From Chiloscyllium plagiosum (taxonomy: Eukaryota), in NCBI RefSeq assembly GCF_004010195.1, contig NC_057718.1:57190264-57239822 (forward strand): a DNA stretch of 49,559 bases. Direction: 5' to 3'. Positions within the stretch are counted from its first letter, which is position 1. Every line of letters begins with the position of its first letter. A program made the translations under genes and the position numbers. A model generated the notes under the pieces. That model was not told the origin of the DNA. It searched no databases and saw nothing but the letters and a program-made list of their open reading frames with translations. Below, piece by piece: positions 38,516-49,559 of the stretch.

Positions 38516-40230
38516 GAACTGGTACAGTTGAGAACAGAAGCAAGTCAAACAGTCAGGGCAGGAAGGGACAAGGTAGGACTAATAAATTAAACTGCATTTA
38601 ATTCAATGCAAGGGGCCTAACATGGAAGGCAGATGAACTCAGGGCATGGTTGGAAACATGGGACTGGGATATCATAGCAATTACAGAAATATGGCTTTGG
38701 GATGGCCAGGACTGGCACCTTAATGTTCCGGGATACAAATGCAACAGGAAGGATAGAAAGGGAGGCAAAAGAGGTGGTGGAGTGGTGTTTTTGATAAGGG
38801 ATAGCATTACAGCTGTGCTGTGGGAGGATATTCCCAGAAATACATTCAGGGAAGTTATTTGGGTGGAGCTGAGAAATAAGAAATGATGATCACATGATTG
38901 GGATTGTATTATAGACACCCCCAAATAGTCAGAGGGAAATTGAGAAACGAACTTGTAAGGAGATCTCAGCTGTCTGTAAGAATAATAGGGTGGTTATGGC
39001 AGGGGATTTTAACTTGCCAAACATAGACTGGGACTGCCATAGTGTTAAGCGTTTAGATGAAGAGAAATTGTTAATTGTGTACAAGAAAATCTTCTGATTC
39101 AGCATGTGGATGTACCTACTAGAGAAGGTGCAAAACTTGACCTACTCTTGGGAAATAAGGCAGGGCAGGTGACTGAGGTGTCAGTGGAGGAACACTTTGG
39201 AGACGCGACCATAATTCTATTAGATTTAAAATAGTGATGGGAAAGGATAGACCAGATCTAAACGTTGAAGTTCTAAATCGGAGAAAGGCTAATTTTGACG
39301 GTATTAGGCAAGAACTTTCACAAGCTGATTGGAGGCAGGTGTTTGCAGATAAAGGGACGGCTGGAAAATGGGAAGCCTTCAGAAATCAGATAATAGAATC
39401 CAGAGAAAGTATATTCCTGGTAGGGTGAAAGGAAAAGCTGGTAGGTAAAGGAAATGCTGGATGACTAAAGAAATTGAGGGTTTGGTTAGGGAAAAGAAGG
39501 AAGCATGTGTCTGGTACAGACAGGAGAGATCGAGTAAATCCTTAGAAGAGTATAAAGGCAATAGGAGTATACTTAAGAGGAAAATTAAGAGGGCAAAACG
39601 GGGACATGAGATAGCTTTGGCAAATAGAGTTAAGGAGAATCCAAAGGGTTTTTACAAATACGTTAAGGACAAAAGAGTAATTAGGGAGAGAATAGGGCCC
39701 CTCAAAGATCAGCAAGGCAGCCTTTGTGTAGAGCCACAGAAAATGGGGGAGATACTAAACGAGATTTACAAGAATGTTGCCAGGGTTGGCGGATTTGAGC
39801 TAAAGGGAGAAGCTGAATAGTCTGGGGCTGTTTTCACTGGAGCGTCGGAGGCTGATCTTATAGAGGTTTACAAAATTATGAGGGGCATGGATAAGATAAA
39901 TAGACAAAGTCTTTTCCCTGGGGTAAGGGAGTCCAGGACTAGAGGACATAGGTTTAGGGGAAGAGGGGAAAGATATAAAAGAGACCTATGGGGCAACTTT
40001 TTCACACAGTGGGTGTTACGTGTATGGAATGAGCTGCCAGAGGAAGTGGTGGAGGCTGATACAATTACAGCATTTAAAAGACATTTGGATGGGTATATGA
40101 ATAGGAAGGGTTTGGAGGGATATGGGCCGGGTGCTGGCAGGTGGGACTAGATTGGGTTGGGAAAGTTGGTCGGCATGGACGGGTTGGGCCGAAGGATCTG
40201 TTTCCATGCTGTACACCTCTATGACTCTCT
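38516..40230 (+). mobile_element. CR1 LINE with APE endonuclease region, internal deletion of RT and intact 3' end
   Basis: FNARGL, IIAITEIWL, GGGV, GDFN and LDLLLGN motifs. Jumps from GEILNE to RFTRML at about 39760; ctatgactct tail. Confidence 0.92.
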
Positions 40231-40559
40231 GCACCTGACTATAATTACATCCATAAAACCTTGAAAGTTAGCTGCATCAGGAACGGTTTATACTTTGACA
40301 TTCCTGACACAACTGCTTGAATAACACTTAACAAAATATAAAAATACCTCTCATTCACACGAAAAGCTCTCAAGAAATGCAAGATTGTTAGTAAGAGAGT
40401 TGTAAAAATTGATAAAACCATACTGGGGTAAATCTTTGTCTGGGAGACTCTATGATGGGATACCATCTTTAGACTGTTGAAATAAATAATAGTGAATTAG
40501 TAGGAATAGGAAAGACCAAAGGCCATATGTGTTTACTGAAATTGATAAAATGTCATGAA

Positions 40560-41392
40560 GTAATTGCATGTACCAGGAACGTATCAGTGGACTGGTCAGG
40601 TGGGACACAAGGTGGCAAATGCAGTTAAGTCTAAAATTATGAGTAATACATTTGGGGAGGGCAAGCATGACAGGGGAAAGTACAATAAATGGTAGAATAA
40701 TGAGAAATGTAGCTGAACTGTGTGCATGCCCACAGATCCTTGAAGGTAGCAGGTCAAGTAGACAAAGTGGTTAAAAAGGCATACAGGATACTTTATTAGC
40801 TGAACAGACAATGTTAAGTAGCATGCAAGTTGTACTTGAAATATTTAAAACTTTTGTCAGACTACAGACAGAGTGCTGGGTATAATTAGGGTCAGCACAT
40901 TACAAAAAATAGGTAACTGCATGGTGAAGAGTGAGAAATTACAAAAAAAGTTGCCAGGAACAGAAAATATTAGTTTTGAGATAAACTGGGTTCATTTTGG
41001 AAAAGAGGAGGCTGAAGGGAGGTTTAATACAAATTATAACATAAAAATCAAGTGTTTGGTTGGAATGGATAAATCAGATCTACTTACCATAGAAAAACCA
41101 TTGACGAGGGGGTATGGATTTAAGAAACTGCAAAAGGATGTGAGTGAAATTGAGAAATTTACCCAGAAAGTAGTATGAATATGAAGCTGGAAAGGGTTAT
41201 AGAGGCAGAGAATTTCATTGAAATCTCAAAATACCTGATATGCATGTGAAATACCACATTTTACAGAGTTATGGACCAAGAGCTCAAAAGTGGCATTGGC
41301 TGAATAGTGGGATAGGCTGAAGAGCTCTTTTTGGTTGGCAAACACATGGTTGGCCAAGTGGCTTTCCCTTTTGTGCCAAAAAGCTTCTATGG
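40560..41392 (+). mobile_element. Very old CR1 3' fragment
   Basis: Decayed KWQMQ, QVDKVVKKAYG and TRGYGFK remnants. Confidence 0.7.
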
Positions 41393-42582
41393 ACAGAATT
41401 TTGTAGGGGTTTCAGCAATGAAACCTAAGGTGTGAAATGCAGCAGAATTGAATGAGAAACTCAGTGAGGCCCATCTCAACATCAAGGTGCTCTTGCTCCA
41501 ACCTTTATGCTTTTCACAAGTGGTGTAGTGAGATTCTCACTAGGCAGCAGTGAATTGCCAATTTGATAAGGAATCACACTTATTAAAATGCCTTAAAAAC
41601 CCTCTCACTTCATTAATATTCAGCCTCCCATTTTACTAAATTTGCCAATCAAGCTCAATGTGGCAAGAACTCGATAAAGAAGCCAGAGCATGTACCTGGT
41701 GAATTCAGATTTCTGTCTGCTTTGAATGATCTCCATATTGTTACAAATAAACTATAGTACAGAGACAGGCACTCATCTTATTAACTGGACTAGACTACAT
41801 TTCAGCGCTGCTTGCTTGGTTTCTTAATGCTCACTTACTTAGTACCAACCTGCAAGCTCACAGTTTCCTTTGCTGTACCAAGTAGCACAGGCTGCTTGAC
41901 TTCCTGCTAAGTAGATCTAAGTCTAGGGAGCGCACACCTTGCATGCCAGCAGTGTGCTTCGCCAAATTCTTACCTGCCAGCAGCTTACACAGCAAACATA
42001 CTGCATGAGCAGCAAGCCACATCTCAAAATCATTGGAGAATAGTTCTCATTGAAACCCACAGTGGCACCCTTAGTCAGGGAGTTCAGACACAGTAAGTTA
42101 AGATCAGTGTCCTGTACCACTCCAAGGAATTGGCCACAGTGAGATGTCTGGTTTGAGTGTTTTTGGTCAGGGGCTCTGTGCCTCTGCAGAAAAGCGAGTG
42201 GGTCACAGGCAGTCCATTGGCTCCATAGCATCAAGTTCTGGGGTTGATATATAGACTACAGTCAGGGATCTATGCACGTAGTGTCTGGTCATGTCAATCA
42301 AGGCGGTGGGCCACCGTCAGTCAAAGAGTCATAGAGGTGTTCAGCACGAAAGCAGAACTTCCTGTCCAACTCATCCATGCTGACCAGATATCCCAACCCA
42401 ATCTGGTCCCACCTGCCAGCACCTGGCCCATATCCCTCCAAACCCTTCCCATTCATATACCTTTTATACTAGCCTCCATCACTTGCTCTGGCACTCATTC
42501 CATACATGTACCTCCCTCTGTGTGAAAAGGTTGCCCCTTAGGTCTCTTTTATATCTTTCCCCTCTCACCCTAAACCTATGCC

Positions 42583-43514
42583 TTACCCTACCAACCAACA
42601 CATAAACCGCATCATCTGCCGACATCTCCGCCACCTCCAAACGGACCCCACCACCAGGGATATATTTCCCTCCCCACCCCTTTCCGCAAACACCGTTCCC
42701 TCCGTGACTACCTGGTCAGGTCCATGCCCCCCAACAGCCTACCCTCCCTCCGGCACCTTCCCCTGCCACCACAGGAATTGCAAAACCTGCGCCCACACCT
42801 CCTCCTTCACCTCCATCCAAGGCCCCAAAGGATCCTTCTACATCCAAAGTTTCACCTGCACATCCACCAATGTCATTTATTGTATCTGTTACTCCCAATG
42901 CGGTCTCCTTTACATTGCGGAGACTGGACGCCTTCTTGCAGATCGCTTCAGGGAACATCTCTGGGACATCCGCACCAATCAACCTCAATGCCATGTGGCC
43001 CAACATTTCAACTCCCCCTCCCACTCTGCCGAGGACATGCAGGTCCTGGGCCTCCTCCACCGTCAATCCCTCACCACCTGACGCCTGAGGAAGAACGCCT
43101 CATCTTCCACCTCGGAACACTTCAACCCCAGGGCATCAATGTGGATTTCACCAGTTTCCTCAAGCCCCCCCAACCTTACCCCAGTTGCAACCTTCCAGCT
43201 CAGCACCATCTTCATGATCTGTCCTACCTGCCAATCTTCCCTCCCATCTATTCGCTCCACCCTCCTCTCTGACCAATCACCTTCATCCTCACCTCCATCC
43301 ACCTGTTGTCCTCTTGGCTACCTTCTCCCCAGCCCCAACCCCCACCCCCCATTTATCTCTCCACCCCGGAGGCTGCCTGCCTTCATTCCTGATGAAGGGC
43401 TTTAGCCCGAAATGTCGATTTTCCTGCTCCTTGGATGCTGCCTCACCTGTTGCGCTTTTCCAGCACCACTCTAATCTAGACTCTGATCTCCAGCATCTGC
43501 AGTCCTCACTTTTG
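42583..43514 (+). mobile_element. 5'-truncated Penelope-like element with GIY-YIG endonuclease remnant and 14-bp TSD
   Basis: ORF 42578-43081 contains CKTC, NVIYCIC, CGLLYIAETGRLLADRFREHL. TSD cctaaacctatgcc at 42569-42582 and 43515-43528. Confidence 0.92.
43385..43420 (+). ncRNA. Minimal hammerhead ribozyme motif with one stem III substitution
   Basis: attc-CTGATGA-a-gggc-ttta-gccc-GAA-ATGT-C-gatt, downstream of the GIY-YIG ORF. Confidence 0.62.
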
Positions 43515-46334
43515 CCTAAACCTATGCCCTCTAGTTCTGGACTCCCCCACCCCACGGAAAAGACTTTGTCTAATTATCCTATACGTGCACCTCTGATTTT
43601 ATAAACCTCTATAAGGTCATCCCTCAGCCTCCAATGTTCCAGGAAAAACAGCTCTAGCCTATTCAATCTCTTCCTATAGCTCAAATCCTCCAACCCTGGC
43701 AACATCCTTCTAAATCTTTTCTGAACACTTTCAAGTTTCACAACATCTTTCCGATAGGAAGACCAGAATTGCATGCAATATTCAAACAGACGTCTAACCA
43801 ATGTCCTGTAAACCACAACATGACCTCCCAACTCCTGTACTCAGTACTCTGACCAATAAAGGAAAGCATACCAAATGCCTTCTTCACTATCCTATCTACC
43901 TGCGACTCCACTTTCAAGGAGCTATGAACTTGTACTCTATGGTCTCTTTGTTCAGCAACACTCTCTAGCACCTTACCATTGAGTGTATAAGTCCTGCTAA
44001 GATTTGCTTTCCCAAAATGCAGCACCTCACACATTTATCTGAATTAAGCTCCATCTGCCACTTCTCAGCTCATTGGCCCACCTGATCAAGATCCAGTTGT
44101 AATCTGAGGTAACTTCGCTGTCCACTACACCTCCAATTTTGGTGTCACCTGCAAACTTACTAACCATACCTCTTATGCTCACATCTAAATCATTTATATA
44201 AATGCCGAAAAGTAAAGGACCCAGCACCGATCCTTTTGGCACTCTACTGGTCACAGGCCTCCAGTCTGAAAAACAACCCTCCACCACCACTATCTGTCTT
44301 CTACCTTTGAGCCAGTTCTGTATCCAAATGGCTAGTTCTCCCTGTATTCCATGAGATCTAACCTTGCTAACCAATCTCCCATGGGAAACCTTGTCCATAT
44401 AGATCACATCTACCGCTCTGCCCTCATCAATCCTCTTTGTTACTTCTTCAAAAAACTCAATCACGTTTGTGAGACATGATTTCCCATTCACAAAGCCATG
44501 TTGACTATCCTTAATCAGTCACTGCCTTTCCAAATACATGTACATCCTGTCCCTCACCAACGTCAGGCTCACTGGTCTATAGTTCCCTGGCTTGTCCTTA
44601 CCACTCTTAAACACTGTCAACATGTTAGCCAACCTCCAGTCTTCTAGCACCTCACCTGTGACTATTGATGATACAAATATCTCAGTAAGAGGCCCAGCAA
44701 TCACTTCCCTAACTTCCCACAGAGTTCTAGGGTACACCTGATCAGGTCCTGGGGATTTATCCACTTTTATGCATTTCAAGACATCCAGTGCTTCCTCCTC
44801 TGTAATATGGACATTTTTCAAGATGTCACCATCTATTTCCCTCCATTCAATACCTTCCATGTCCTTTTCCACAGTAGCAGTCCATCTGGTCCATCCCAAA
44901 GAATTAAGGAGGGTGTTGGCAAGTACAACTGTTGCCATGAGGCTAAGCCCCAGCAGATTTGTCATTGGGATTGCAGTCTGTAGTTTCTGGGCAGGGGTGC
45001 AGGATGATTGTTAAGACGGCAGCAGGATTACAATGGGAGCGAGATAGTCAAGTATGGCTGGGGTAAATTTGGACGGGTCCTCAGCCAGAAGCATCCTGGC
45101 TTCATGGGCAGTAGTAAATGACCACAACTGATATGGTCATCTCATATGCCAGGGGCTGGGAGGAGGGGTGGCAAAGTAACTTAGATCTGGGAGGGACTTG
45201 AGGGTGAGTGAAGCCTCTTGGGTTAACAGGATAGGTTAATAGAAAGGGGATGTGACTAGTCACCTCATCAATATGTTTAGGCTGGGGCTGGAAGCCACGG
45301 GCAGAGGTGGGCTCACTGTCTCCTCAGGTGAACACTTGCTAAATGAGGCAAGTGCTCTCACTTCCTGACAGAGTTTGAGTGAGGAACATTAAATGAAGAG
45401 CTTGAGTCAGGAGAATTAATGGGGGCATTTAGCGAAATAAATTGTCATAAATAAGTAGGCTGTGATAGAGAGGCAACTGTTATAACTGAAGAAACAAGGT
45501 AAGAGAAAGAAAGGGCAAAGGAGGGGTGGAGGGAGAGGGAAAAGATGGTGGAGGAAGGGGGAAAAGGAGTGTGGGAGAGAAAAGAGGGGGTGGGAAAAGA
45601 AGATAGAGTGAAAAGTATGCAGCTGCAGCAGTTAAGGTGGGCTGGGAATTCTAGCAGGAAAAGCAAACCAGGAAATTAAAGCTGAAATTTTAAAGTTAGA
45701 GAAGAATTTATATATCTATAGGAACTAAAGCTACTGAATTTAAGACAACAACCAGTTCAAGCAGCCAAGAGAAGGCAGTACAGGTCCTGAGACCCACAGG
45801 AGAGACATACAGACAGATGCTGTGAACTCTTTGTGACATAACACACCAGTTTGTTGGCATGCTTTTTGTCATCCGATAAAATTTGCAAAATCTATCCTTT
45901 TTTAAAATTCATTCGGAATGTGGGAGTCATTGGCTCAGCCACTACTTATTTCCGATTTGACAAAACTTATTTTTGTACAAATATATTTACCAGCAAATGT
46001 CGCCAAGACTAGCCATATAAAAAACACAAAACAAAAAATTCCATGTTATAACAATGTAAATTTCAAAACAAACATTTGATCAATGTATTAGTAGAAATCC
46101 CACAATAAATGCTTAAGTTCGCAATGTTAATATGCTTAAAGGAGAATTCAAATTTACTCGACCATATTTGACTTTACCAGACTAAGTTAGGAGGAGACAT
46201 TACTGGTTAGAGGGTTCCAGTAAATACATCAGTGTTATATAAAAGGTAGAATTATCTCAAGTGAATATGGCTTACAATGAATGCAGATGACAATTTGATT
46301 AATTACTAAAGATTATACCCATCCTGTTGAGAAT

Positions 46335-46590
46335 CTGGAGTCACATGTAAACCAGACCAGGTCAGGGTGGCAGTTTTCCTTTCTTAAGGAACATGAGTGA
46401 ACCAAATGGGTTTTTATGATATTTGACAGTGCATTGGTTACATGGTCACTGTTAGTTGAGCTTTCTTTTATTCCGGATCTGTACTGAAATTAAATTTCAG
46501 TGTCTGCTGTATGGAATTGAATCGATGTTTTCAAAACATGAGCACAGGACTCTGGATTACTTGCCCAGTGACATTACTGCTATGCCTCTA
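46335..46590 (-). mobile_element. Old tRNA-derived SINE, family assignment uncertain
   Basis: Minus strand has a ggcatagcagtaatgtcactggg head, a gattcaattcc B-box-like motif and a cctggtctggtttacatgtgactccag 3' block. Confidence 0.6.
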
Positions 46591-48004
46591 TGTTTGTGTG
46601 TCAGTTAATGATTTCTACCCACAGCATCATTACCAGAAATGTCAGACTATGGTGTGTAATATTAAACAAAAAAAAGTCCCAACAAATGTTACACCTTATG
46701 CCAACACATGTAAGTGCAACCATTCCATCACTAGTGGAATTTTTCAGAGCAGTGTGAATGAATTAATCTCGTTTTCAACAATCTACACCTGAAGAAACAG
46801 GAAAGGGTGGAGGATGTGTGCATGACAGGAACACAGGTGAAGAGATTGCCAAATTTAAAGAGTGGACAACTGGTTCAGATTCAGCATTTTAAATTATGTA
46901 TTGACATTCTGCTGAATTGAGAAGGGTCTATCCAGAACCAAGTTCATCACACACAATGGTGCAACTGAGAGATGGAACTGAGAACAACACTAATGAAGCA
47001 CCAAATACACCACTATTATGCAACTTCACTGCTCCCATGCCATGCAAGGTAAAATCCAAAACAACATCAAATGTTAAAACTCCATCAGACCACTGAGCAA
47101 ATTCAAGATGACGCGAATATTAGTTACTGAGTAGGGTGTTGGCATATAAGGTATGAACAGACTATTACAATGCTTAAGGCTGAGTTTCTTAGCTAGATAC
47201 TTTGTAATATATAACCAAGCATTTGCATCCACTGTAAATAGTTACCATTATTGGTAAAGCAAAGTTATTTATTTGTAAAAGAAGACATATTGCAGTATGT
47301 CTTTAAGTGGGTGTAGTTGTGGTTTCAATACACATCATTAGAGGGAAAATGAAGCAATACACCATGTTAACCAAACTGATGAAGCTATGAGCTTAGATGT
47401 GTACAAGTTTAACTTTAATTCTGCTGTCAACTTCTGTAATCTTTAATGAATGAACCTACATACCTTAGACTTAACCAATTTTTTATATGGTTGATGCTTT
47501 ATATTTCACTACAAAGTAAGCACAAGAAGAAAAACACATGGCATCTTACCAGATGTCTCCTGAAAATCTACATACAGCTTTGTCCTCATTTACCCTGTTA
47601 ATTAAACTATCGCTGAAACAGTTTGTCAAACAATTTTTTCTACCATAAAACCCATGTCTTAGTGATATTTTCTAATTGTCCTCTAACCATTAGTCTTATG
47701 GATTCTTGCATTTTCACTGTTATTTTTGCCAGGTTACCAAGTTCCTTGCTTTCTCCCTAACTGAATAGGGTTTTGTACATAGACAGTGTTGTCTATTTTT
47801 GTGCTGCACATCCTATATGAGTCAGCCTTCAATTAGAAAAATACACAACTGAGGATTGAGGCTATTCTAGTCAAAAATGATTGTTTTTAAAAAAAAGTTG
47901 TGAACTCAGACTTATTGTAGAATGTACGTTTCTATTTGGAGAATAAAATTGCACACCACTGAATATTCCGACCATAGACCAGTTGAACTCTATTTTTAAG
48001 ATTA

Positions 48005-48500
48005 TAAGAAATACGACCACGCCATTCAGCCCATTGAGTTTGCTCTACATTCTGTAAGATCGTAACTATTTTGATTGTGATTTTAATTTCACATTCCTTT
48101 CTATCCGCCAGAACTCCCAAAACCCTTGTTGGTCAACAATCTAACTCAGCTTTCAATATATTCAGTGAACCAGTCTCCATAGCTTTCTCTAGAAGAGATT
48201 TCCATAGACTCAAAGATCTACAGAAGAAATTCCTCTTCACTCCAGTCTTCAAAAGAAGACCACTTAAAACTGTGCCGTTGGTGCTAAACTCCCCAACAGA
48301 CGAAGCAACTACTTTGGTCTTACTCTCGCAGAATTTTGTTCATTTCAATAAGATCATCTCATTTTTCTAAATTCAATTGGATATAGGCCCAACACTTCCT
48401 CATAAAGCAACTTCTTTATAAAGGAAATAATCCAGTGAACCAGCTCTGCATGACTTTCAGAACAATTGTATTCCATTTTAAGTAAAGAGACCAAAACTTT
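48005..48500 (-). mobile_element. Old CR1 3' fragment
   Basis: Resembles the antisense CR1 end at 37898-38350. Confidence 0.6.
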
Positions 48501-49195
48501 ACCTAGTTGAAGAATGGGTGAAAGGAGCACTCAGGGAAAATCAGCATCATCTTGTCTTTGTAAACAGAGAACTAGACCTGCAGGAGAAATCTCTACTCAG
48601 AAGAATGCAGAGCTTGAAAAGAAAATAGAGTGTCATTACAAGAAAACTATAGGTTCAATGCTTGAGTAGAGCAGAGGACAAGTAATCAATACGTTTGCTA
48701 TTTCTACTGAGTTTTTAAAAGTAAAAATTGACCTTTCTATTAATGAGTGTTTAAGGTAGAAGTAGTAACGCCTATAGTTGATGGTTAATAATTTTTTAAC
48801 TAGCATTGATATCCATGTTGCATTTCTTGAGGTAAGCCTGAAGGGAGTCTTTGAAATGCTTCCTTTGTCCTTTTGTTTGAGCGCCTTCCTTGAGCTGGGC
48901 AAAGATGATTTGCTTTAACAGGCATCCTGAACATGTGGAGAAAGCGAGGACTGCAGATGCTGGAGATCAGAGCTGAAAATGTGTTGCTGGAAAAGCGCAG
49001 CAGGTCAGGCAGCATCCAGGGAACAGGAGAATCGACGTTTCGGGCATAAGCCCTTCTTCTGGAATGAGGAAAGTTTGTCCAGCAGGCTAAGATAAAAGGT
49101 AGGGAGGAGGGACTTGGAGGAGGGGCATCAGAAATGCAATAGGTGGAAAGAGGTCAAGGTAGGGTGATAGGTCAGACTGGGGTGGGGGCAGAGAG

Positions 49196-49344
49196 AAGGG
49201 CACAGGCCCTTCTTCATTCCTGAAGAAGGGCCTGTGCCCGAAACGTCGAATCTCCTGTTCCCTGGATGCTGCCTGACCTGCTGTGCTGTTCCAGCAATAA
49301 AGTTTCAACTTTGATCTCCAGCATCTGCAGACCTCACTTTCTCC
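49196..49344 (+). mobile_element. 149-bp hammerhead-bearing PLE end nested in another PLE, with 13-bp TSD
   Basis: TSD tgggggcagagag at 49183-49195 and 49345-49357. The segment 49198-49216 is the reverse complement of 49221-49239. Confidence 0.9.
49216..49251 (+). ncRNA. Minimal type I hammerhead ribozyme motif, best-preserved copy
   Basis: attc-CTGAAGA-a-gggc-ctgt-gccc-GAA-ACGT-C-gaat: stem I attc/gaat, stem II gggc/gccc, palindromic ACGT, GUC cleavage triplet. Confidence 0.78.
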
Positions 49345-49559
49345 TGGGGGCAGAGAGGGCAGGAAGAAGATTGCAGGTTAGGAAGGCAGTGCTGAGTTCG
49401 ATGGATTTGACTGAGACAAGATGGGGGGAGGGGAAATGAGGAAACTGGTGAAATCCGAGTTCATCCCTTGTGGTTGGAGGGTTCCTAGGCGGAAGATGAG
49501 GCGCTCTTCCTCCAACCGTCGTGTTGTTGTGGTCTGGCGATGGAGGAGTCCAAAGACCT

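Larger units (their letters stand above)
42326..44876 (-). mobile_element. CR1 LINE (RT to 3' end), interrupted by a Penelope element
   Basis: KSPGPDQVYP, NYRPVSLT, KSCLTN, GSVLGP, KFAGDTKIG and CEVLHFGK on the minus strand. Confidence 0.93.
48938..49559 (-). mobile_element. Penelope-like element 3' part, running off the window
   Basis: Terminus nearly identical to 17481-17590. Hammerhead with mutated core at 49030-49065; GIY-YIG C-terminal remnant (RRLEEERLIFRLGTLQPQG). Confidence 0.9.

Noticed and set aside
40245..40475. Two small minus-strand exon-like segments (LKMVSHHRVSQTKIYP and LFKQLCQECQ)
   Set aside because: Splice-like flanks, but no recognisable protein and an early stop; not distinguishable from chance.
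42578..43081. Functional GIY-YIG nuclease gene
   Set aside because: A 5'-truncated Penelope copy: the ATG comes from the TSD, the YIG motif is mutated, and the C-terminus is frameshifted.

Overview
Eukaryotic, repeat-dense DNA from a cartilaginous fish, inferred from HE1/V-SINE-type SINEs and shark-type CR1 and Penelope families (probably a carpet or bamboo shark). There are no bacterial-style operons or CRISPR arrays, and most listed ORFs are transposon debris or N-gap artefacts. The only host coding sequence I can support is the last two coding exons of CFAP36 (CCDC104) on + (2031-2189 and 27718-27801), separated by a ~25.5 kb intron. The rest is layered CR1 LINEs, an RTE LINE, tRNA-derived SINEs, probable solo LTRs and many Penelope-like element (PLE) pieces. 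Main points of interest: (1) minimal hammerhead-ribozyme motifs in at least four PLE families, with stems that change but keep pairing, carried on short fold-back insertions that repeatedly start at the ribozyme; (2) an orphan 88-bp TRAPPC12-like exon with both splice sites inside a broken RTE LINE; (3) a templated inverted insertion in a SINE; (4) a twin-priming-like inverted CR1; (5) a gap-bounded CpG-richer 5.6 kb island ending in a ~51-bp minisatellite. All gene and family assignments are by recognition from memory, not database search. Repeat boundaries are approximate.
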